Shown: positions 17,901 through 27,608, counted from the stretch's first letter. The stretch: 64,000 nucleotides of DNA from Candidatus Parcubacteria bacterium (GCA_963814275.1 CAWFCE010000002.1:426537-490536); one strand, 5' to 3'. The notes: generated from the sequence alone by a model not told the origin. Made by a program: numbers and translations.

Positions 17901-19802
17901 ATGCATAGCATCTTAAAACGACAAATAAATAAATACCTAAAAGAACCGGATGAATTATCGGGCAATATTGGGGAACTTCTCAAGGCAGTCAGCTTGGCTT
18001 ATGAACATTTTGACGAGGACAGGGCTTTTATGGAGCGGACTATGCAGATAAGCACCAGGGAACTTAACGAGGTTAACCAGCGGTTAAGAGGCAATATCGA
18101 AGCGGAAAAGACAAGTAAACTAGCCCTGGAAAAACAACGTTTGGCAATGATTAATATTCTGGAAGACGTATCCGAATCTCAGGATGAACTGGAATCAACA
18201 TACCGGAAGCTGCAGAATAAAAGCCGGCAATTGTCCGCCCTGAAATCGCTAAGCGATGAATTGGGCTCGGTATTGGAAGTGGAGGAGACTATTATAATTA
18301 TAAACCAGTATTTATGTGAATTCGCCGATCCCTGTACGGCCAGTTATTTGATTAACGATTCCTTGGAAGAGGGGGCATTAATTTATTCCGCTTATTTGGC
18401 CAAAGAAGTGAACGAAAAATATCTGGAGCAAAGCGGAAACTACCTGATATCATACATGCGCGACGCCAATAACGAGGGTATCAGCGGTTTACTCAAGATT
18501 GTATCAGCGGCAAAACCGAGGATTTTCGGCAAACAATTGGATAACGCTTCCCGGCTTGAACCCAAGCAGATTGAGATCTTCAAATTAGCGGTTGGCGAGC
18601 GGATATTGGGGCTGGTTCAGATTACGTCAGATAGCGGCAAAGTGCTGTCCGGGGAAACGAGAGAGATGATTACCGCCATAATCCTTACGGCTACATTGAC
18701 AATCGACCGCCTGCAAAACATCAATCTCACCCACCATTCGCGCACAGTATCGCTGGTCGAAAGCATGACAGACGGAGTCGTAATGTTCAATTCCAATGCC
18801 GATATCGTGCTGATGAATCCGTCATTCAGCCGATTTACCGGATTTTCCCGGGAATATTTCCGGATGGCCGATCTGTATCGGCTATTATCCGGACATAATA
18901 TGCAAGAGAAGGTCCAGGAGACGGTAAGCGGCGGAGAAGCGGCAAAGATCAATGAGGCCGTGATCGGCAATAAGACATACGAAATATACATTACGCCGGT
19001 CAGCGATAATCGGCGGATTGTCGGCGGGGCGATCATTTTTCATGATATTACATATCTCAAGGAGATCGACCGGATGAAAACCGAATTCGTGTCCGTAGCT
19101 TCCCATCAATTGCGTACGCCCCTGACCGCCATTAAGCTGTTTACCGATATGATGATCAAGGGCCAGGTCGGCGGCTTCAACCCGGAACAGCAGGAGTATC
19201 TCGAAAATATTTCCCAATCGACCGACCGGATGGTCCGCTTGGTCAACGATCTCCTGAATGTCAGCCGGATAGAATCCGGCCGGCTGCGGGTAGAGCCGCA
19301 GGCGGTGGATGTTGTCGCCTTCATCAAAAATATAATTGCCGAAGCCAAGCCGTTGGCGGCGTATCGCAAACAAAAAATAAGCCTCAGGAATCCCGCGAAA
19401 GACCTTAACCGGGTATCTCTGGACCAAAATCTGATGCGGCAGGTATTCCACAACCTGATTGTCAACGCCATCCGCTATTCGCCGGAAAATACGGGCCTGA
19501 TCAGTGTGGCAATAAATTCCGATAAGGAATCGTTCACCGTATCCGTCCAGGATAACGGCATCGGTATCCCCCCCCAAACCCAAGGCAGGATTTTCGAAAA
19601 GTTCTACCGGGCCGACAATGCGATCAAAGCGGTTACCGAAGGGACCGGATTGGGATTGTATGTATCCCGGATGATCGTCGAATCGTCGGGCGGTAAGATC
19701 TGGTTCGAATCGGCCGCGGGAGCTGGCAGTACGTTCTTCGTCCGGATGCCGAAAAGCGGCATGAAAAGGAAAACCGGGGAGCGCGGCCTGTCTATATCCT
19801 GA
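17901..19802 (+). CDS. PAS-containing sensor histidine kinase (HisKA + HATPase_c)
   Basis: I prefer ATG at 17901. The N-terminal helix ILKRQINKYLKEPDEL...AYEHFDEDRAFMERTMQISTRELNEVNQRL is a type often found C-terminal to FIST domains. The H-box is FVSVASHQLRTPLTAIK, with DNGIGIPPQ and GTGLGLYVSRMIVESSGG. Confidence 0.9.
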   Translation: MHSILKRQINKYLKEPDELSGNIGELLKAVSLAYEHFDEDRAFMERTMQISTRELNEVNQRLRGNIEAEKTSKLALEKQRLAMINILEDVSESQDELESTYRKLQNKSRQLSALKSLSDELGSVLEVEETIIIINQYLCEFADPCTASYLINDSLEEGALIYSAYLAKEVNEKYLEQSGNYLISYMRDANNEGISGLLKIVSAAKPRIFGKQLDNASRLEPKQIEIFKLAVGERILGLVQITSDSGKVLSGETREMITAIILTATLTIDRLQNINLTHHSRTVSLVESMTDGVVMFNSNADIVLMNPSFSRFTGFSREYFRMADLYRLLSGHNMQEKVQETVSGGEAAKINEAVIGNKTYEIYITPVSDNRRIVGGAIIFHDITYLKEIDRMKTEFVSVASHQLRTPLTAIKLFTDMMIKGQVGGFNPEQQEYLENISQSTDRMVRLVNDLLNVSRIESGRLRVEPQAVDVVAFIKNIIAEAKPLAAYRKQKISLRNPAKDLNRVSLDQNLMRQVFHNLIVNAIRYSPENTGLISVAINSDKESFTVSVQDNGIGIPPQTQGRIFEKFYRADNAIKAVTEGTGLGLYVSRMIVESSGGKIWFESAAGAGSTFFVRMPKSGMKRKTGERGLSIS

Positions 19803-19940
19803 ACCCCGCAACCAAAGATCAGTACGAAGGCCGCTATCCGGGCCAATATATGCCAGGCCAGCGAGAGACAGCTTAATAAGCCATAGCACAAAAGTATAGT
19901 TTAAATATTTGTCATTAATACTTAATTTTAATAAAAATAT

Positions 19941-20336
19941 ATGGCAAAGCAAAAAACAGAAAAAAAATATAAGATTTTATTGGCGGAGGATGATAAATTC
20001 ATTTCCCGCGCCTATTATGACGGCTTAAGCCGGGCCGGCTATGACGTGATCGCGGTATTTGACGGCAATGATGCCCTGGAAAAAATCAAGAATGACAAAC
20101 CTGATTTGATCCTCTTGGATTTGATCATGCCCGAGAAGAACGGTTTCGAAACCTTGGAAGAGCTGAAGCGTGATCCCTTGACCAAGGATATACCGGTCAT
20201 AATTATTTCTAATCTGGGCCAGGACAGCGATATCAGCCAGGGCTTGAAATTGGGGGCGGCGGATTACCTTATCAAATCGAACTATTCCCTGGATGAGGTG
20301 GCGGACAAGATCGCCAAATTGCTAAATATAAAATAA
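19941..20336 (+). CDS. single-domain CheY-like response regulator
   Basis: 131 aa with ILLAEDD, DLILLDLIMPEKNG and YLIKS. The stop lies 8 nt before the pilB-like ATG. Confidence 0.9.
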   Translation: MAKQKTEKKYKILLAEDDKFISRAYYDGLSRAGYDVIAVFDGNDALEKIKNDKPDLILLDLIMPEKNGFETLEELKRDPLTKDIPVIIISNLGQDSDISQGLKLGAADYLIKSNYSLDEVADKIAKLLNIK

Positions 20337-20344
20337 TATTCGAT

Positions 20345-22039
20345 ATGCAATTGACCGAAAGTTTAATCAAGGAATTATTGGTCGATCACGGTTTCATAGA
20401 CGAGAAAGATTTTAAGCGCGCCGCCAACCATGCCCGGGCCAGCAGCCGGCCGCTTAATGATATTTTGATCGATGAGGGCCTGGTTAAGGATGAGGAGCTG
20501 GGCCAGCTTATAGCACAGCATTTCGGATATCATTTTGTATATTTGCAAAAAGAAGCGATCGATGAAGAAGTAATGAAAAAAATTCCCGAGATAATGGCCA
20601 GGCAACAAGGCGTAATCGCTTTCAAGCGGGATCGCGATGCGGTCAGTATCGGCATGATTGATCCGGTGGACGCCGCTTTACTTCATATCCTGGAGAAACG
20701 TTTTGCCTGCCCGGTCAACCCATACTATATTACGGAGAACGACCATAAGCTGGCAATGGCCAAATATCAGGGGGACTGGCAGGAAAAATTGACGCGAATG
20801 ATCGCCGCATTCAATCAAGCGGACGACAACAACGAGAGGCATAACCAGCTGGCTGTCGACATTATCGACCATTTATTGGCCTACGGCCAGTATAGCCGGG
20901 CATCGGATATCCATATCGAACCATTAGCGGAAGAAACCGTGGTACGTTTCCGGATCGACGGCCTCATGCACGAGGTATTACGCATGCCCCAGGCCCTGGC
21001 TGAGCTTTTTACGATGCGGATAAAGATCCTGTCCAGGATGAAAACCGATGAATACCGGGCAGCGCAAGACGGGAAATTCCAATTTAAAGCCGGCACGCAA
21101 ACCGTGGACGCGAGAGTTTCGGTCATACCCGTCACCAACGGCGAAAATGTGGTGATGCGCCTGCTGGCATCCGACAACCGGCAGATCAATCTTAATGAAT
21201 TGGGATTTTCCGAAGCGGATTTTACCCGGTTAACCGAACATATCAGGCATCCGCATGACATGATACTGGTAACCGGGCCGACCGGATGCGGCAAAACGAC
21301 CACCCTTTATGCTATTCTGAAGATCGTCAACAAGCCGGAAATAAATATTGCCACCATCGAAGACCCGGTCGAATACGATATTCAGGGGATCAGCCAGATT
21401 CAGGTAAACACGAAAACCAACCTGAGCTTCGCCCAAGGTCTTCGGTCGATCGTCCGTCAGGATCCGGACGTGATCATGGTCGGTGAGATCAGGGATGAAG
21501 AGACCGCCGCTATCGCGGTAAATTCCGCCATGACCGGGCACATGGTGCTGTCTACTGTCCACGCCAATGATGCCGCCACCACTTTGCCGCGCCTTTTGGA
21601 CATGGGAATAGAGCCTTTTTTGATCGCCTCGACGGTAAAGCTGATAATCGCCCAGCGCCTGGTGCGCCGGATTTGCGCCAAATGCCGGTCGTCATACATC
21701 ATTAGCGAGGAGGAGAGCCGGTTGATCGAATCGAGCCCGAATCTGAAAAGGGTTTTGGCTGAAATAGGCGAGGATAACAGCGCCAAATTACGGCTGTACC
21801 GCGGTAATGGCTGTAATGTCTGCTCCCAAACGGGTTATGCCGGCCGGATCGGTATATTCGAAGTATTGGCGGTCGATGACACGATCCGTAAATTGATCCT
21901 GGACCGCTCCTCCAGCGAAACGATAGGAAAAGCGGCAGTAGCGGCGGGTATGGACACGCTATTGAAAGACGGGTTGGATAAAACTTTCAACGGACTAACC
22001 ACTTTAAGTGAAATTATCCGGGTTACCGAATCCGGTTAA
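20345..22039 (+). CDS. pilB: type IV pilus / T2SS assembly ATPase (GspE/PilB family)
   Basis: 564 aa. The N-terminus resembles a T2SSE_N-like domain. Walker A is GPTGCGKTT, with Asp/His boxes (IMVGEIRD, GHMVLSTVH). The tetracysteine CAKC...CNVC is typical of extension ATPases. Confidence 0.92.
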   Translation: MQLTESLIKELLVDHGFIDEKDFKRAANHARASSRPLNDILIDEGLVKDEELGQLIAQHFGYHFVYLQKEAIDEEVMKKIPEIMARQQGVIAFKRDRDAVSIGMIDPVDAALLHILEKRFACPVNPYYITENDHKLAMAKYQGDWQEKLTRMIAAFNQADDNNERHNQLAVDIIDHLLAYGQYSRASDIHIEPLAEETVVRFRIDGLMHEVLRMPQALAELFTMRIKILSRMKTDEYRAAQDGKFQFKAGTQTVDARVSVIPVTNGENVVMRLLASDNRQINLNELGFSEADFTRLTEHIRHPHDMILVTGPTGCGKTTTLYAILKIVNKPEINIATIEDPVEYDIQGISQIQVNTKTNLSFAQGLRSIVRQDPDVIMVGEIRDEETAAIAVNSAMTGHMVLSTVHANDAATTLPRLLDMGIEPFLIASTVKLIIAQRLVRRICAKCRSSYIISEEESRLIESSPNLKRVLAEIGEDNSAKLRLYRGNGCNVCSQTGYAGRIGIFEVLAVDDTIRKLILDRSSSETIGKAAVAAGMDTLLKDGLDKTFNGLTTLSEIIRVTESG

Positions 22040-22042
22040 AAT

Positions 22043-23134
22043 ATGTTTAACAGAACCGACCACACTAAAAAGACCACGCAGCGCCTCTCTTGGGCCTGGA
22101 TCACCTCAGGCGAGCGGGCGATGGTCGCGCGCCAGCTGGGGACGATGCTCATGGCGGGCCTGGAGATAAACGAAGCGCTTGATATCGTTTGCGACCAGTT
22201 GAAAGGCGGCGGCCGGCGGGTCTTGCGCGCGGTCCAGCAGGAAACGCTGGCCGGCAATCCACTGGCGCAGAGTATGGCCAGATATCCGCATGTTTTTCCC
22301 GCTTCATTGGTCGCCGCCGTGCGGGCAGGCGAACAAGCGGGGGTGATCGCCGAGAATCTGGTCCATGCGGCCGGCGGCCTGGAGCGGGAAAGGGAGCTCA
22401 AGGCGGCGATCCGGGGGGCGCTCTATTATCCCCTGATAATCATTTCGATGAGCGTGGTTCTGGGAGCGGTTTTGTCTTTTTTCGTGTTACCGCGGATCGT
22501 GCCGATACTCAAAGGCCTTCATGTGGAATTACCGTTAACGACCAGGGCCCTGATCGCCTTTACGGATTTCATCTCCCGCCACGGCTGGGCGACGGGCGGG
22601 GTTATGCTCGGCTCAGCGCTATTCATCTGGTGGATATTGCGCCAGCGTGTTGTCAAACCATTCTCCCATCAGGTACTGCTGGTATTGCCGATACTGGGGA
22701 AAATAAGCCGTGAATCGAATCTGGCCCATTTTTCCCGGACCCTTTCTACCATGCTCAAAAGCGGCCTGTCCGTGAACGAAGCCATGTCTATAACCGGTGA
22801 ATCATTGCCCAATTATGTTTATCGGCAGAGTGCGGCGGTGATCAGCGGGCGTTTGCAGTCCGGAGAGTCGATATCCGCTGTAATGGGCGGATACAAGAAA
22901 CTGTTTCCCCGGCAAGTACTCAGCCTTATCCGGGTCGGAGAAAAATCAGGCCGCCTGGAAGAGGAACTGGCACATATCGGCAAAATCTATGAGTCCGAAG
23001 TTGACCGGGCAGCCAAACGGTTAACCATCATTATCGAGCCACTGCTGCTTATTGCCATCGGTCTGGCGGTTGGCTTATTGGCCCTGTCCATCATTACGCC
23101 GATTTATAAAATTACAGGAAATCTTTATCACTAA
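22043..23134 (+). CDS. pilC: type IV pilus / T2SS platform protein (GspF/PilC family)
   Basis: 363 aa with two T2SSF-like repeats (LATMLMAGLEINEAL; LSTMLKSGLSVNEAM) and 3 TM helices. The start is 3 nt after the pilB stop. Confidence 0.9.
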   Translation: MFNRTDHTKKTTQRLSWAWITSGERAMVARQLGTMLMAGLEINEALDIVCDQLKGGGRRVLRAVQQETLAGNPLAQSMARYPHVFPASLVAAVRAGEQAGVIAENLVHAAGGLERERELKAAIRGALYYPLIIISMSVVLGAVLSFFVLPRIVPILKGLHVELPLTTRALIAFTDFISRHGWATGGVMLGSALFIWWILRQRVVKPFSHQVLLVLPILGKISRESNLAHFSRTLSTMLKSGLSVNEAMSITGESLPNYVYRQSAAVISGRLQSGESISAVMGGYKKLFPRQVLSLIRVGEKSGRLEEELAHIGKIYESEVDRAAKRLTIIIEPLLLIAIGLAVGLLALSIITPIYKITGNLYH

Positions 23135-23612
23135 AAACGGCAAAAATTATTATTATAAAATCCGCGGATTTACCATTACGGAAGTCTTGGTCGTATTGGG
23201 GATTTTTTCCCTTCTGGCCGCGCTGGCTATTCCGGCATTTGGTAATTGGCAGAATGAAACCCAGCTCGACACTGTATGGAGCGAAATGATCTCAACCTTG
23301 CGTTTGGCGCAAACGCGAACCGTTTCCGGTTATTTGGGCAAGAATTTCGGCGTTTATCTCGATCTGAACGGTGATAGCGGGAAGAGGTTCATCTTGTACC
23401 AGGGGGAAAATTACGTGTCGCGGGAAAGTGAATATGACCGGTCGATAGGAATACCGACTGCCATAACGGTCAATAGCGATCTAAGCGATCCGGATATCGG
23501 GTTTACTAGTGATGATCCGAGCGTAACGGCGACCGGTACGATTATTCTGGCGCAAGACAGCCGTCCCGGACGTATAATTTCTATCACTGCCGCCGGAGTT
23601 ACGGGAAATTAA
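23052..23612 (+). CDS. pseudopilin/minor pilin with prepilin N-terminal methylation motif
   Basis: KIRG|FTITEVLVVLGIFSLLAALAIPAF matches the G/F-x-x-x-E class III signal. The true start is uncertain: only a TTG at 23052, inside pilC, is in frame upstream. Confidence 0.7.
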   Translation: MPSVWRLAYWPCPSLRRFIKLQEIFITKNGKNYYYKIRGFTITEVLVVLGIFSLLAALAIPAFGNWQNETQLDTVWSEMISTLRLAQTRTVSGYLGKNFGVYLDLNGDSGKRFILYQGENYVSRESEYDRSIGIPTAITVNSDLSDPDIGFTSDDPSVTATGTIILAQDSRPGRIISITAAGVTGN

Positions 23613-23629
23613 TTATCCGGAATTTGTAT

Positions 23630-24586
23630 ATGAAAAATTATAACCAGTCCGGACAAAGTTTAGCGGAGATAATCGTCGCTTTGGCGATCCTGGCATTCAT
23701 GTCTGCGGCTGTAGTGAGCTGGCTGGCCGGATCCGCCGGAGCGGTCGAGCGCGGCCGTGACTGGCTAGTGGCCGATGGATTGGCCAAAGTCGGAATGGCG
23801 GCAGTCCAGTCAATAGGCCAAAGGGCCTGGAACGAATTACGCTGCGAAAAGAGCGCGGTAACGGACGAAAACGGCCGTTGGGAGCTGGCCGGCGAAGGGA
23901 CAACCGAACAAATCGGCAAATATACGAGGGAAATCGACCTGGCTGCCATGTACCGTGATCCATCGGGTACGGTTACGGACGCGGCCTCGCCCGGATCATA
24001 TCCCGACGCCCTAAGCCGTTTGGCAACGGTGACGATACGCTGGAACCGGGGGAACGGCGGCGAACTGGTCAGGCAGGCGTATCTGACGGATTGGCGGGCG
24101 CATCGTCTCCGCCAATCCGACTGGTCTGGCGGCAGCGGCCAAGCGATCTGGTCCGCGGCTAATAAATATGATTCCGATAACAGCGGGATAGCGGTTGGCC
24201 CGTCCGGGGAGCTCCTGCTCAGGGAAATCGCCACTTCCAGTTACGCCAGCGAGGGCAGCGTGATATCGTCGGCCTATAATACGGGTGGATCATCTTACGC
24301 GATGATCCGCTGGGAACAGCTGATACCGGAAATATGCGGGGATTGCGCGGTCCGATTACAGATCGAGACCGCGGCCGATAATGGCGGCACGCCGGGAGCA
24401 TGGTCCGCGACCTGGTGCGGCCCGGAAGGCGAAGACGGTGACGAGGACGATTTTTATACCATGGCTACCGGGGAGCTGATATCACCCGACCACAATGGCG
24501 AGCAATGGATCCGCTACCGGGCCGTAATGGCCGGAAACGGTTCGGAGACGCCGGTGCTGGCGCATGTTGAGATCTATTATCAATAA
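23630..24586 (+). CDS. large pseudopilin-like protein
   Basis: I prefer ATG at 23630. MKNYNQSG|QSLAEIIVALAILAFMSAAV is a prepilin-like head with Glu at +5, followed by a ~290-aa unassigned domain. Confidence 0.55.
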   Translation: MKNYNQSGQSLAEIIVALAILAFMSAAVVSWLAGSAGAVERGRDWLVADGLAKVGMAAVQSIGQRAWNELRCEKSAVTDENGRWELAGEGTTEQIGKYTREIDLAAMYRDPSGTVTDAASPGSYPDALSRLATVTIRWNRGNGGELVRQAYLTDWRAHRLRQSDWSGGSGQAIWSAANKYDSDNSGIAVGPSGELLLREIATSSYASEGSVISSAYNTGGSSYAMIRWEQLIPEICGDCAVRLQIETAADNGGTPGAWSATWCGPEGEDGDEDDFYTMATGELISPDHNGEQWIRYRAVMAGNGSETPVLAHVEIYYQ

Positions 24587-24651
24587 CGGAGACAACAGTA
24601 AACAGAAAATAGACTGCAGAAAAGAATATTTAACTTCTAGTATTTTTAAAA

Positions 24652-25194
24652 TTGCTTTCAATCGTAAATACATTTATCGTGAATATAAATATATTTTCAA
24701 TTAAATATAATAATGGCGGATTCACACTGGTGGAAACGGTTCTTTATGCCGGTTTGATCGGCATGGTATTGGCCGGATTCGTCAGCCTGGCCTGGGAAAT
24801 AATGGTCTGGCAGGGCAGGCAAAATGTCATGGAGCGGGTACAGGGTGAGGCCGGGCAGGCGATTATGGCGTTCGGCCGCGAGATCGGGCAGGGTGATTCG
24901 GTCTTGGCGCCGTCCGGGGGTGAAGCGAGCACCACCCTGATAATATCCCGGCCAGGAGGAGCGCTTTCGACTTTCCGGGTTAGCGGCGGCAGGCTATGGC
25001 TTACCAAGCATCGCGGTGCGCCGCTGCCGATTACCGCCGCGGATATGGATTGCGGCGATCTGGCTTTTCGAAACGAAGCCGCTGCCGGCGCGCCCGCTTC
25101 GATCGCGATCAGCGGCCAGTGCGCCCATCGATTGGGCGATACCGGAGATAGTGTATATTCCGTGCCGTTAACAGCGGCTTTCACTTTATTTTGA
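24652..25194 (+). CDS. pseudopilin with prepilin N-terminal motif
   Basis: NNGG|FTLVETVLYAGLIGMVLAGF is the prepilin head. The start is either TTG 24652 or, giving a shorter leader, GTG 24679. Confidence 0.7.
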   Translation: MLSIVNTFIVNINIFSIKYNNGGFTLVETVLYAGLIGMVLAGFVSLAWEIMVWQGRQNVMERVQGEAGQAIMAFGREIGQGDSVLAPSGGEASTTLIISRPGGALSTFRVSGGRLWLTKHRGAPLPITAADMDCGDLAFRNEAAAGAPASIAISGQCAHRLGDTGDSVYSVPLTAAFTLF

Positions 25195-25195
25195 T

Positions 25196-25603
25196 ATGTT
25201 GAAATTATACCAGTTGACTGAAAACAATGAAGGTTTATCCGCCCTTATAAGCGTCATTATAATCGGCGCGGTAGCTTTGCTCATTGTCAGAAGCGCGGCT
25301 TTGACCGGTTTTGATACGATCGAAAGCGCCTATGCGCTGGCGCAGGGAAATAGCGCCTATGCGCTGGCCAGAGGCTGCGCCGAAGATGCCCTGCGGCGGA
25401 TCCAATCAGATGGCACCGCCGCGGCAGATAATGCCGCTTTGGATTTCGCGAACGGCCACTGCATCGAGAATATCAGTTGGTCCGATCATGATTTTATCGT
25501 GGCGGTATCGGCCAATCATGAAGATTTTTATCGGGTTTTTAAGCTTGCCGGCAGCTTTGACGACGGAGAGATAATAAATATCAGCCAAATTTCCGGTGAA
25601 TAA
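25196..25603 (+). CDS. hypothetical small protein with pilin-like hydrophobic N-terminus (no +5 Glu)
   Basis: 135 aa. The head is ENNEGLSALISVIIIGAVALLIV. The start is 1 nt after the upstream stop. Confidence 0.4.
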   Translation: MLKLYQLTENNEGLSALISVIIIGAVALLIVRSAALTGFDTIESAYALAQGNSAYALARGCAEDALRRIQSDGTAAADNAALDFANGHCIENISWSDHDFIVAVSANHEDFYRVFKLAGSFDDGEIINISQISGE

Positions 25604-25657
25604 TACCCGACCGCATATAGCATCAACCAAGAAGAAAAATTACTAAGATCAGTATCA

Positions 25658-27541
25658 ATGGGCAATTTCATGAATAAACAAATTATCGGAGTGGACATAT
25701 CCGACTATTCGATCGAAGCCGTGGCCTTGGCCCGTCTGGCCGGCCGTATGACCGTAATAGGGCATCAGCGGCTGATATTAGCGTCTGGAACAGTCGAACA
25801 AGGCCGGGTCAGGGATTATCCCCGTCTGGCCGGTCAGGTGAAACGGTTATTGAAAGATATGTCGGCTAAGGGCGATTGCGGCACCCGGGTGGTATTCGGG
25901 CTGCCGGAGAGCCAGGTATATGTCCAGGCGGTCGAGCTCACCGAGAATGATCGTCTGACGGACGAAACAGTGAAGACGGCCGCGCAAACCAAATTTCCCC
26001 TGAATGCCGCCGACATGGCTGTCACTTCCAAACGTTTATCCGGTCCCACGGCGACTACCCTGATCATGGCCGCCGCCAGCCGGCAGGTGATAACGGAATG
26101 GGAGCAATTTTTTCACCGCCTGCGCCTGGAGCTGGTGTCGATCGAGCTTGAGCCGATCGCTATTTTTCGCGGCTTATATGATTTTTTGCCCGCTAAACCG
26201 GTTTGCCTGGTCGATCTGGGGTCGCGCACGGCCAATATCTCCTTTTTTACCGGCCAGGGCTATGTGTATGCGTATTCGAGTTTCCGGGCCGGGGATCATT
26301 GGACCAGGTTACTGGCTGAAAAGTTGAAAATTCCCCTGCCGGAAGCTGAAGCACGCAAAATTAAATTCGGCCTGACGGAAGGAAACGGACAGGTAAAAAA
26401 CATACTGTCAGCCGGCATTGACGAATTAGAGAACGATATCAGAGAAGGGATCACTTATTTTGAAAAAAAATTCCACCTTCGGGCGGCGGAGCTCGTGCTG
26501 ACCGGAGGCGGTGCGGAAATGAGCGGTCTGGTTGGCTACCTGCAAAAAGGCAGCCTGAATATTCCCGTCAGGCTGGGGCGCCAAAAATTGTTGCCTGGCT
26601 CAGACTCGCTCTATATCGAAGCATTGGGATTGGCGCTTTGTGGTCTGGAAAGCAAGTGGAAGACTGGGGAATTGTCATTCACATCGGAAATTTACGGACG
26701 GGCTTCCGGCTGGAATAGTTTTCGAATCAAACTACGAGAAGGGGCCGCAAAATTATCGGACCCGAAAAGCTATCTGCCGGCAGCGGCGATTATAGGCGTC
26801 TTGGCCGTTGTCTATCTGGGCTGGGCCGCGATTACCAAAAAAAATTTCACGAAAAAAGACAGCGGACCATACCCCTATCACTTTATTCTGCCGGTGGAAA
26901 TGGCAATGAATACCGCGGGCGACCACGGCACTGGCGGATACAACAGCGCGCGCCTGGTTAGCGTCGAAATAAAGGAACCGAAACCATATGAAGAAGCCCG
27001 GACAGCCGCCCTGAAGGAGGCCCGGGCGCAGGCCGGTCCATTGCAGAGTGTCTGGCCGGAACCGATCAGTCCGGCTAAATCCGAAAATTCGATATTTCCG
27101 GTCAATTTCATCTGGCTCGCTTATGACACCGGTGAAGCGGAGAGATCTGTGAATAATCGAATATCCGAAACGCTGGGGAACAGCCATTATCAGGTCGAGC
27201 GATCGGTTCCGAAAAGCATCAATCAGGGAGTGGCGGGCGGAAGCTATACTTTATCGTTTGACGTCGCCGTCAAATCAACAGTTCCGCCGCCAGGCAAGCT
27301 AACGGAAAATGAGAAACCCAAGACATTGGAAGCGGTGAAATTCATCAAAATAAAAAAACTCGACCAATCCCTGAATATCCGGTCGGGTCCGGGGCTGGAA
27401 TTTGCCGTTATCGCCCAGGCGCTGTCAGAAGGCTTGTATGAATTGATCGCTGCGAAAAACGAATGGAGCCAAATCAATCTGGCCGATGGCCAAACCGGCT
27501 GGGTCTACGCGCCATTGACGGAAATTTATTCTGCGCCGTAA
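25658..27541 (+). CDS. pilM: PilM-like actin-fold pilus assembly protein fused to a TM segment, linker and C-terminal SH3b-like domain
   Basis: 627 aa. IIGVDISDYSIEAVAL plus the later LVDLGSRTANISF and LTGGGAEMSGL follow the PilM/FtsA-like pattern. The TM helix is YLPAAAIIGVLAVVYLGWAAI. The C-terminus LNIRSGPGLEFAVIAQALSEGLYELIAAKNEWSQINLADGQTGWVY (about 27371-27520) looks like bacterial SH3. Confidence 0.8.
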   Translation: MGNFMNKQIIGVDISDYSIEAVALARLAGRMTVIGHQRLILASGTVEQGRVRDYPRLAGQVKRLLKDMSAKGDCGTRVVFGLPESQVYVQAVELTENDRLTDETVKTAAQTKFPLNAADMAVTSKRLSGPTATTLIMAAASRQVITEWEQFFHRLRLELVSIELEPIAIFRGLYDFLPAKPVCLVDLGSRTANISFFTGQGYVYAYSSFRAGDHWTRLLAEKLKIPLPEAEARKIKFGLTEGNGQVKNILSAGIDELENDIREGITYFEKKFHLRAAELVLTGGGAEMSGLVGYLQKGSLNIPVRLGRQKLLPGSDSLYIEALGLALCGLESKWKTGELSFTSEIYGRASGWNSFRIKLREGAAKLSDPKSYLPAAAIIGVLAVVYLGWAAITKKNFTKKDSGPYPYHFILPVEMAMNTAGDHGTGGYNSARLVSVEIKEPKPYEEARTAALKEARAQAGPLQSVWPEPISPAKSENSIFPVNFIWLAYDTGEAERSVNNRISETLGNSHYQVERSVPKSINQGVAGGSYTLSFDVAVKSTVPPPGKLTENEKPKTLEAVKFIKIKKLDQSLNIRSGPGLEFAVIAQALSEGLYELIAAKNEWSQINLADGQTGWVYAPLTEIYSAP

Positions 27542-27548
27542 TCAGTGA

Positions 27549-27577
27549 TTGTCCGATTACCCGGTGTTTGCTATAAT
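27549..27577 (+). promoter_or_regulatory. sigma70-like promoter for the major pilin gene
   Basis: TTGTCC (27549-27554), 17-nt spacer, TATAAT (27572-27577). It lies 31 nt upstream of ATG 27609. Confidence 0.5.
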
Positions 27578-27608
27578 TATAATAACTAATAAATCATTTT
27601 AAAACCGT

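Noticed and set aside
18885-19952. 355-aa minus-strand ORF overlapping the second histidine kinase
   Set aside because: The plus frame has H-box and N/G-box kinase motifs across the same nucleotides. The minus frame is Arg/Gly/Pro-rich low-complexity sequence.
22189-22713. 174-aa alternative-frame ORF within pilC (and minus-strand ORF 22036-22401)
   Set aside because: The PilC frame shows T2SSF repeats. The alternative frames are Arg/Gly/Pro-rich and have no support.
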